Source of the DNA: Marsupella aquatica
Taxonomy: Eukaryota; Plantae; Marchantiophyta
Direction of reading: 5' to 3'
NCBI GenBank assembly: GCA_973895155.1
Contig: OZ316898.1
Location: forward strand, 11,493,187-11,557,186
DNA: 64,000 bases
Under the pieces are notes generated by a model that ran no database searches, was not told the DNA's origin, and was given only the letters and a program-made list of their open reading frames with translations. Below are positions 50,201 through 60,923 of the stretch, in pieces (position 1 is the first letter of the stretch; each line of letters opens with the position of its first letter). The position numbers and the translations under genes were made by a program.

Positions 50201-53200
50201 GCCTATATCAAAACATGTCCCAACAAGTACCAATTGTGGCTCAGCAACGGGTTAGTTTGGACCTTGTGCTAGGTCATTGATAATCATTCTGGTGGCGTGG
50301 GCAACGAGTCTCGTGTCTGAGTGTCTGATGAACGTGAGTCAAGTCGAGTCGAATTTTATTTTCTTCTCGTATACTCATTGAGTGAAGGGCTTAGAGAATG
50401 CAGTACCTAACCCTGGCTTCCTGTGTCTGTCTCAAGGTACAGGAGATGATTCCACGAGTCCTATCAAAGCTTGCGTCCCATCCGGCCGTGGTCTTTACCG
50501 GCTAAGGTTGTGAACTGAATTTGTGTTGTGCTGTTTTGTAGTGAGGTTGGACAGTGCACGAACAATGTTGACGCAAGAGTTCGACGAGTTTCGGCATGCA
50601 GATACGTTAGAAACAGTCTTGGGTTTGAATTCTAACAGCATCCGTACATTGGTACATTATCCGTTTCAACACGTCGTGCTTTACCTTATCTGAAATGTCG
50701 CGCACCCGAACTCATACCTTTCTCAGACCGGTATTGTATTTAGTAGGAGGGAGTCGTAGAGTGGAGTACCATGGCACTTCTGATAAGCACAGTCTAGTAG
50801 CTAGTGGGTCGGACCCCGCTACCCTAGCAAAACCGTGGATGTAGGAACGATTTATCAATTGGAAAGCTGTGATGTACATCAGTTTGCACGATAGTGCAAC
50901 TCTTCAATGCAATAAAAGTTTGGCTACGGACTAATTATACTAATTGAAAGTGAAGTATCCGAATGTCAGAGTCCTCCGTTTAATTTGTGCATCGAGTACC
51001 GTTGGGTGTCTGGAATGTCAATTTGACGAATTTCACTCGAGGCTTTGCGCCGATCAGTGTCCTGTCACTGCTGCTTCGCTCCTCTCTCGATCGTTATTGC
51101 CTAGTTTTGCAGAACTCATTCGAATTACAATTGTTGTGGAAAGTTCTGAGATTACCAGTCCCTGTGAAAGTTCACTGAGGGACGGCATTTACCGACCCAA
51201 ATGTGCGTAGACATGTGTGTACATTGAAGGAATTTGGCGGACTTTATGGCATTTACATGATTATATCTTTGTATTGAGAGAACGCGGACAGAAACGAAAT
51301 GAACGCTGAATATATATACATGGCGTCTGGAACTATGCAAGTAAAGGGAGAGTCGCTCTCTTCCTTCCAACAATACAGTAGGTGTCTGTACTTCAACTAC
51401 AGTAGGGGTTAGTTCATCTATCAGTGCACTATTGTACAGTCCACACACTTTCGTGTACTCCAGCTCTTATTGTACAGTGACAGTCACTTGATTTAGTGTA
51501 ATATTGGAGTCTCTTCTGCATAGTATTGTACACCATATTATTGTCACAATCCTTATTGTTCGAGTAGTTTACCAGATAATAGCTTTGGTCACGCGCGTTT
51601 CCATTGTTTTCTATCTCAGCATAGGGTTGAATCCATGGCTCATAAATATTTAGTTTACATTTCGTGCAAATTTTACATGGAGGAATCATAAATAGTTTAC
51701 ATTTTGCAAGTAGGCAACACTTCATGCGTGGACTGTGGAGATGGATGGCATTGCTCAGTAGTGAACACTGACGTGGCAGGGCGGGGCCCTTCAGTAAACA
51801 CAGCTGTGGGTCGAGGGTGAGTGATGTCGGCCACTATGGGCAATGGGACTATTTGGACCCCCTACTGTACTGTACCCCCAAGTGAACCAGATTAGGGATA
51901 AAATGAAAAGCCAGGAGAGAGTCAGCACAGAGGGACAATACCCAGAGCGCTATGTGACAATAACCAGATCCCTACCTTGAAGTACAGGAATCAGGTTCCT
52001 GCCTGGACTCTACAGTAATCACACTTGGGCCCAGTCAGAGTTATTATTGGTTGAAAATAGAACTTATATTATGCAGAAAAGACTACCCCTACTCAACTCT
52101 AAACATTGATCTCGACTCGGATCTGAATTCAACCCCTGACTTATTGGTTGAAACCATAACTTGCAGCTACACATCAAAGGCTTTTGATTAGGATTTAACC
52201 CTTGATTGAGGATTCAATTCCCTAGCCTACCTGGAAACTAACCAGGAAAAGTCTGAGGGATTGGTTAGAAAAATAACCAAGCTATGCACATATCAAGGAC
52301 AGTAGAAAAGGGTCAGCCCTACACAATTCTAACCATTGAATTTAAGTTCTCAACCCTTAGTAAGCGAGTGGTTGAAAATTTGCCTTAAGCTATGTACATA
52401 TTAAGGGCGAGCGGGTCTCTCGGAGTGATTAATATTGCCAATGAGCACTGCCAAACTCCCGTGGAAACTGGCTGATGTATCTTTTGATCCTGCCAATAAA
52501 TTTGGTTTTTTCCTGCTCCTGCCATTGAGCTAACGGCTTTGCTGCTTGGGCAGGGTATCTATTGTTTCAACATTTTTAATCTTGTTACGGGATTAATTAA
52601 GCTCCATTCAACCCCTAACAATACCCCAGATCCTACCTAGAATTAGGCATGGACTTAGTGATTGGTTGAACATATAAGGCCTGATGTCCGTCTTGGCTTG
52701 CACGATCTTACCCCTTTGCTTTCCGTTTGGATTTGATTGAATAAGGAAGAAGAAGCTATGTCTGGTCCAGTTGGTTACTCCTTCAGCTTACTCCCATATG
52801 TGGGCTGTCAGGTCTTATGCTTTCTACTTCTATTGACAAATAACATTTACTTTTGAGACCAAAATAATATAACTTAAGCTATGGAGAATGGATAAGCCTT
52901 ACCCGACTCTTCCAATTACTTAGATCTAGACCTGCATCAGGGGTCGTCCTAAGGGACAGGTGGTTCCTCAACCAAACCAATCACTAAAGAAACCAGATTG
53001 GTTACTCAACCATATTTACCAATCTAAAAGGGATAAGTCTTGAGTGTATAAGCTGGTCCCTCAACCAAACCAACCTTTCTAAACATCTGGCCCAGGGATG
53101 TGTACAGCATACTCCTTTCCTTATCCGATCATTAATAATTTTCCCATTTTTCTCCTGGGTTTTCAATATCTCAGTATTGCCCTCACATAGTGAATGTTAA

Positions 53201-53239
53201 TTTGCCCATGCTCAGCTAATCAAGCCATCCTTAACCACC

Positions 53240-53359
53240 ACTAGCCATATATAATGGGGAAGTGTCCAAGACCTTTCCCTTTGTCCTCATTCCAGTATTT
53301 TTTATCCTCTACTGTGTCAATTTGCTACACAATTTCAGGAAAAAATGCTCTTAATGGTA
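53240..53359. repeat. Dispersed repeat, copy 2 (copy 1 at ~11237-11358)
   Basis: Same orientation, with shared blocks ggggaagtgtccaagac and cacaatttcaggaaaaaa. Confidence 0.7.
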
Positions 53360-55288
53360 CCTACGGGTAACTCTAAGCTTTTGAAGGGCAGGTGTGCTTT
53401 AACAACATTTTAGCTAGTCTCTCCATCTCTTTCTCCATCATCCACTCAGTATTAATTTGCCTATATTCATCTAGCCACATTCTGGGTTAATTGACAATAT
53501 CTTAATTTTTCCCCTCATCCAATCATCATTGATCTGCTCACTCATCTAACCTTGTTTGAATTAATTATCCCTTGGAGGAGTGTTGGGTTAGCCAGTTCAG
53601 TCCTTTGAAATTATATACTCCAACTCTGCCAATTTGAATGCCCAAATTTTGGTATGATGAGAACTGAAAGAACTGTACAAGGTTTTTTTGAAACAAACTC
53701 AGTCTAAAGCAATGGTCACCAATGAGCAAACTAATAGAGCCCCCCCAGAGCCCCCATTAACTAATTAATCACTACATCCCCCCCCCTGCCCCCCCACCCC
53801 CAAAGCAATCGGATGGCTATAAATAACGAAATAGTTGAATGTCCGGCTAAGATTACTCCATGGGGCAGCTTACTAACTAAGATAGTTTGGAGTTGATGTG
53901 AGAAGATTGTGCAGTTTTGGAGGTGACAAAGGAAACCCCAAACCCAACTACACTAGAGTAATTGCTGATGAAGAATGCAAAGGTCAAATTTTCTTCTTCC
54001 TAGGATTCTCCAGAAGACGAGCACAGTCTATGAATCACAGTCTCACGCATGCAATGGCAGGAACGGACCCTATCACCTTATGTTGTCACGCTGTTGATTC
54101 CTCGCAAAAGTTTAATTTCGTCCCGCTGGCGAATCAAGGTCGAATCGAGGTCGTTGGAATCCTTGATCACATTGAGTGATTGAGTGCAGCAGATTCGATA
54201 TCTGCAGGTGCAAGATAGTCAGAGCAAATCACTCATTGCCACGGTAGAGCTTTATCTGCTTCTGCGATGATTTGTGATGATAAGGGCCACGAATATTTCG
54301 AGAACCACACCAAAAGCTGTACTGTAGTCCCATCAGAGCCCATTAATTTTGATTCTCAGGCTTGGAACAATACAGTGTGAGACATTCGAGTGGCAGTGGC
54401 TTGACTGCCTGGCTCTTTGCTCTATCCATGCATTCTAGTCAGGTGGCCCTTGTAGAGGATGACAAGTGTGATGCCAGTCAGCCAATGCCATAGCCCAATC
54501 TCTGTAATCAGAGAACTAGTCAGAATTCTTTCATGAAGTCGGACCATGAAGCACCAGATACAGTAGAGTGCAGTGCAAAGGCCATGACTTAACTTTCTAT
54601 GTGCAGAGAATCATTCAGAATTCTCCATCAATTCGCCCATCACGAAGATTGAGGAAGCAGAGGTCAGAGACAGTACGGTAGAGTGCCGTGCATAGAGTAC
54701 ATTGTTTTATAGTGTTATAGCGGTCGACAAGCTGGCTCCTGAATGGTCGTTCCCTCTCTTTCTACACTGCGTACGGATTGTAGGCGCTGGAAATTTCTGA
54801 CATCGATTTTTTTGCTCAATTATGTCTTGCGTTGTCGGCTGTTGTTGATGCTGATTGCTGCGTCCTTTCTGCTCCAGATCTTTCCTACTGATCTTCTCTG
54901 ATCTCGTAGCAGAAGAAGGACAGCTGATGAGCTCCGAATTTTCCTCGGAAACTTCCCCGGCCCTAGAGTCTCCTCTATCATAAGGTTTCTCCAAGGTCTC
55001 TCCAGCCCAGTGCTGTCTAGTGCACTATCTTGTCCGCCCGACTGACTTCTTGGGATTTGCCCGAGTGCATAGCGGGTCAAAACCTCTGTTGTGACACGTC
55101 TGCTCACAGATCCTTACACATTACTGTAAGGCTGCATTGAAACTGCTGCATTGGAACTTTCTTGTGGGGTTGCAATCTCCTTGATAGCCCAGATTAGGAA
55201 GCGGACTTTCTTTTGGACTTTTTTCACGTGGAGTCGGAGAATTTCTTTTCCTCAGGAGTCTGTGTTTGCTACGTCTTACGGTCCGAGC

Positions 55289-57202
55289 ATGTCCACACTG
55301 CATTTGGCTCTGTTTAACAAAGTTGTCGCATGCTCTTCTTCTGTTAGGTTTCTGACCTCTTCTTCTTGCTTCTCTCACCACAGAAAGGCTCATCGTGGTG
55401 GGATAGGCGTGCACAGTAGTCGACAACAAGTGCTACAGCAACCTTCACGTAGATCTATTCTTCTAACCATTGGCGTTGTTGGGTCTCAGTTGTGTGGAGT
55501 GAATCCTGTGCAAGCAACAGCGAGAAGCAGCATGGCAGAGGAGTCTCAGAAAAAGACCGAGGAGGGTCAGCCCGAGAACTTTCCTTACATCCAGCTTTGG
55601 GTGTCGGCGGACGGAGAATCTCATGTGCAGAAGTGCAAGATGACGGGATTCAAGACTCAGCTTTACAGCTCTATGCCCCAGTTTGTGAAGGATGAGTTCG
55701 GTGGCCAACCCGAGAAAATCGCTTTCACAGAGCTCGCCGTCGGTCTCGAGCAGCCTCTTCACACTTGCCCACAAGTTCAGTTTGTTGTGACCCTTTCTGG
55801 CTCGTGGTAAGTTAAACTCTCTAGATTATGGTGCGAACCCTGAGTGAAACAAATGATTTGTGACTTGGAATTTTGCTCCCGGGATGAATGCGCTGAAGAC
55901 CGGTCTATACTGCATTTGTGAGCTGCCTTGGAGCAACTGCCTGGTGCCGAGTGTCTTTGCTGGATAAGTTTGGCAAGATTGCTTGAATTATCTGTTCCCG
56001 AGGTCTCTGGAGTCCTTACTGTTTGTTCACAATTTCTGTAATTGGTTTCTTTTAGCCTCATCACCTTGATTTTCGAAGTCCTGTCCGGGTTTCTACCAAT
56101 AAAAGCAGTTCAAGGATTGAAAGAAATAGGAGATGAAGTGAGGTGTTCAAACCGTCGTCAGTACACTAAACTGGACCAGAGAAGAAGTAGAGAGAGCATA
56201 CTGAGTTCAATGGGTATGAGTATTTCGAACGAGGTCTCTTTGCAACACCCTCCCTGGTTGTTCAGTAAGAGAAATTCGGGTGGAAGTGAATTTTAAACGG
56301 CTTGTCCGGATCAAGTTACAATGGGACCTGCTTCATGTTTTTCTCATAGAGGGTTAGTGCAAATTATTTTTGCAAATCCATGCATTTATCCCATGGTCCA
56401 ATTGGGTTCGAATTTGTACGAAGTCCTCTCATTGGTTCGCTATTTAAAGGTCATCGTGGCCACTTGTTATTGCAAAAAATAATGTGAGAGGTTAGGGTTT
56501 AGAGAAACCGGCAATGTAAACTTTAGCTGCAAGAGAGCTTTTCAGCATTGAGTCGAGCAGGTTCTCGTGAAACATCTAGGCTATGAAGCTGGAAATCTAG
56601 TTTCCTCAGTTCTACACTCCGCCGAGAAAGTTGAGATAGTTCTATGGTGTCGTCAGGAAGCACGTTCCATCGTGTAAGAACCACGAGCTTACTGAATTCA
56701 GTTGGTCAGTTTTAGTCGGTTGTGGCGTTTTGGCTGAGTTCATGAAGAGTGGAACAAGTTTTAATTTTTTCTCTGCATTGTAAGGGATTTCCATTTCTTG
56801 AATCGCTCGCCAACTATAACTTCTGAGTGTGCCTCAGGAACATCAGGCTAAATTTCCTGGAGAGAGCCATTAGTTTATCACTGACGATAACTGAGCAGCA
56901 TCTATAGAATTAAAAATCAAGTACATGGGGCATGCCTAGGTAACGCTGTAATTAGTTGAAATCAGGAATTCAAGAAAGAAATGTTACTAACTTGTCTTTG
57001 TTCACGCAGGTACATAAAGACTACCGATGGTACAAAGCATGTGTTCAAGGCAGGAGAAGTTCTGTTCCAGGACAACACAAAGAATACTCCCGCTCAGAAG
57101 CTTGGTCAACATTATTCTGGTGCTGTTGGGGATGTTCCTTGCCAACAAATGATCGTACAATTCAATCGTGCCCCTGAGGTAGACAACCCAAATCCATTTT
57201 GA
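55289..57202 (+). CDS. Cupin-domain protein with predicted chloroplast transit peptide and Tat thylakoid-lumen signal, 236 aa; exons 55289-55806 and 57010-57202
   Basis: A phase-2 intron (TG|gtaagt...cacgcag|G) joins two ORFs into 711 nt. Cupin motifs GLEQPLHTCPQVQFVVTLSG-W and DGTKHVFKAGEVLFQD...GQHYS, plus YIQLWVSADGESH. Ser/Arg-rich, acid-free N-terminus, then SRRSILL, a hydrophobic stretch and ATA. Confidence 0.9.
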
Positions 57203-60200
57203 GCCTTCTGCAAGGCCACTGTTAACTCATTTAGGTTCATTCGATCTGTGAACGTGAGGATGAATACCTAAAAATTCAGGATGCCCCGATTGCAACATCT
57301 TTGTCGGGTTGGTCTCTTGAAGAGTTGTTACAATTCCTAATAAGTTTGGACTTGAAACCCCGTTAATTTTTCTGTGAAACTTCACGCAGTTGAAAGAGTG
57401 TAAAGACTGGGAATAGTCCCGAGACAATAATTTGCTTGCAAGGCATGCTCTAGAGGGAAGCTGTCAAAGAATGCAGCACTGTACCAGCTTGACTTGCTCA
57501 ACACCTCCTCATTCAGATGATTTTATTATTATTTCTTGGTGATGGGTATGTCTTGAGAGAACGATTGTCTATCACTTATGGGCAAGGGTGCATAACATCA
57601 TCAGTGTCTCCAAAGCGTTCTAATTTAAGCATATGGTAATGACTGCAAAATAACTGTAGCAGTAAACTCTTAATGCATGACAGAAAAACGTTCACTACGA
57701 TTTTCGTTGGGTGAGGAGATTGTAGAACAAATTGAAAATACTTCGTGTTGAATTTCTTACTCTGGAACTTTAATCTTGCACAATTGAAGGTTACCATTCT
57801 GAATCGTCTGGGTCTTGCTATGCTCGATAGTATACATTTCAAAGCCCTCTATTACATCGTAGAAAGTCATCTCTCCTGACAAGCTAATTTAGTAAGAGCT
57901 TGGATTCACACTCCATCATATCCAGCTTCCGTCTGATTTAGCTTCACTAACCGCTTGTAACCCCCAGTCTGCAATTATAATAACTTGAAGATCATGAATG
58001 GGGGCGATGTAAATCGAAAGTAACCTCCAGTCTGCAGTTTCAATGTTAGTAATATTGAACACGGTCAACGGGTGAAACCACATCCATATGTCCACTTACA
58101 GATAAAAGTAGACACGCCCTTGCTTTCTCGACAGGTAATTCTACTCAATGCAAGTCCAGCCGCAAGGACTGCAAGATTTTCCGTTCTTCTCACTCGAGGT
58201 ACACCTGGGAAAGTACAGAACCCACTCTGTAGGGTTTTTTGTGTGGTTGTGATCGAAAGCAAAGCACTGATAAATCTCTCGACGGGTCGTCAGTCCAATT
58301 CAATGGATGGCAATTAGGTTCCCTGTGCAAATTCTCTCCCATGACCATTAGCTGAGCTGAATGCCAAAGCCACAACTAAATATCCTCTTAGATCTTAGGG
58401 TTATTTTGCATGTGAATGTCCCTTTACAGATTGTAAAGTGTGTTCCCATCTGCTCTCCAGTGGCTCTCCAGTGCCTCCAACGTCTTGTAAACCCAGCCTT
58501 AGCACATCTCTGACCTCAAGTGCACTGACCTGCACGCCGTTGTGGACACTTCTTCAGCAGTTGATCTACTGTAGTGAATGGACCATTCACTTAAAAAGTA
58601 TTATTGGTTGGTTGGAAGATGGCGACTTACTCAATCTCTGTTGACTGGTAGCCTCGCTTCAGGATAATCAGCTGCAGTAAAAAGGTTGCAGTGACTGATT
58701 CACGTCATAATCCAGTGACTAACCTGATATAGACTCTGTGTTCCCTACGTTTTAATTATATGTGGACGCATGGTAGGCAAACAGCCCACGAAATCGTGAG
58801 AGTCCCAGCGGAACTTCCTCAATGTGCATGCTGCTTGGCTACCTTGCTGGTCGCTTTGCTTTGCTTGCTTGGAAGAAACTACTGTAATGATAGGGGGACT
58901 CAAATATAGGCCGTGGCTTGTTTCCCGGCCATCCGAGTTAGGTTCGGGTGGACGTGACTGTAAAGGTGTGCGGCAGCCCCGAGAGCAGGTCTGCACACTG
59001 TTGCTGCGGGGTTTGAGTGTCTCCCGGCCTAAGCAGTCACCCCAGGGTTTAGCGTGACATGTTTGAAAATTTGTCGGGTCATCGATGCGTGCGCCAGCTG
59101 GGTGACGAACACACATGCCACCCCGTGATTTTCCGACGGGAGAGTGACACTCTTCGTTGCCTGCATCAGTTCTCTATTTCCGCAGCACTGGTATCCCGGT
59201 GCGTCCAAAAGTTAAAACCCCAAAAAATTCAAGCCCGTGAAATGAGCCTGCGGTCACCCTTACGGACATGAGAGTCATTCCGTGACAGGATGACCCGGCC
59301 CTAATTTTGAGACCCCCTAATGTATGGTACAAGGAAGTACTCCCAGAATCCTTGACTTTCGTCTATGAAGCAAAACCTTGTGCATAATTGGGGTGGCAGG
59401 ATTTGGGGACAATGGAGTAGGAAACACCGATAGACTCGAGTACAATACGATTTCTCAACAAGATACCATCATGACCTGAGAGTTCTGTACTCAGACAGAT
59501 GGGAACAAATTGTTCAGTCACTAAGTTGTCAATTACGTCTGTCGCCTGGGCAAACCCTGAAGTCCAGGCGTGTTTGAGAGTCAAGGGCTAGACTCAGGAC
59601 ACCAGGCTGAAGTGCAGTAAAGCCGCCAAAAGCTGAAATCAGGAATCGGAAAGTACCTCAAAAAGCGGCCCAGTGGCCCACGTAAGAGCTGAGGTGACCT
59701 TTTCATTCAATTAAAGGTCCGAGTCCAACCGACATTCCAAGTATTTTGGATTCTTCGAAGAGCAAACTCGAAAAGCGAAAATCAGAGATCATTATTATAT
59801 ACAGCAGATTTGGGTGACGAGGGTGTGGACTAGGGTGGTTTGTTCGTTCGTTATTCTGTTGGCGCAATTGTGGGTCCACGGTTCCTTCCTTGTCCAGTTT
59901 TCCCTATAGTCTTTCTAGTGTTTGATCAAGGATGATGCCCTTCAGATTGGACCTCTACGTACCAGGCTTTTAAGTCTGTTGCTCAATAGGAATTTCTCTT
60001 GCAGATGTTGGGGTCTACCAAGCTGTTTGTTGCTCACTAGGGCTTTAGGCCTGTCTTGAAATGTGCTATCGTCTTTAAAAATGCGGCCCTTTAAGACTCC
60101 TGAATTGTCTGCAAAAGATGACATACAAAATCTGCACACAATTGGCTAAAGCAAGTATAGGCAAGTATTTCAATTTGTTTTACATGAGATTGCAAGGTCA

Positions 60201-60502
60201 AGCCTCCTCGGCCATTATCAAAGACTCACCACATGCCCCCAGCTCTGTTTTCCACTTGCACCCAAATTATACATATTTCCATGAAGTCATGGTCTAGAAG
60301 CATCACTATAGACCACTCTAGACCATAGGCCCTTCTGAATGACTTTGGATGTAGATTATATATTTAGAATCCGAGTACCCCTAATAATTCGGAACTGCAG
60401 TACATTATTCACAAAGATGTTCTGGTGAGTCGGGGCGAGCCTACTGTAGTCCAGTGGTCCTGGTCATATCATTTCGGTTGGGGTCGCGGGTTTAGGTTAC
60501 TG

Positions 60503-60923
60503 TTGGGTTGGGTTGGGTTAGGTTGGGTTGGGTTGGGTTGGGTTAATGATTCTGTCGGAATCGATGATTGTCCTGACGTGACGTTCTCGGCTTCGGTCGC
60601 TGTCCTGGTGACGTGGGGGGGGGGGTGCGTGGTCTGTCCCCGCACCGGTGCGATGCGATCGATGGCTTTGAAAGCGTCGATGTGGGAATAAAATGATGTC
60701 AACGGGAAGGAATCTATCACGTGCCCCGGCCTTTGCCCGTATTGCTGTCGCGTATCGCCCCCCTTAGCGTAGGAGCGATTCCTCGTACATCGGGGACATA
60801 CACTAATCGCCACTCCACGCTAACGCCAACTTATTATGACTGCTTGTAGTCTCGCACTGCTGCATGCCCTTGAGACGACGACAAAAGAAGGCTGGGTTGG
60901 GTTGGGTTGGGTTGGGTTGGGTT
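60503..60923. repeat. Two (GGGTT)n microsatellite blocks (~60503-60545, ~60894-60923) flanking a CpG-rich segment
   Basis: Seen directly. The interval contains TGACGTG twice and CACGTG. Confidence 0.85.

Noticed and set aside
54406-54415. miR160-like (tgcctggctc) match; also a miR171-like gattgagccg near 16635
   Set aside because: Only 10 nt match in each case and there is no supporting hairpin.
55151-55288. Upstream extension of the cupin ORF
   Set aside because: It begins at TTG. The first in-frame ATG (55289) gives a coherent transit peptide.
60503-60923. Interstitial telomere repeats
   Set aside because: The unit is GGGTT, not TTTAGGG or TTAGGG; these are short microsatellites only.
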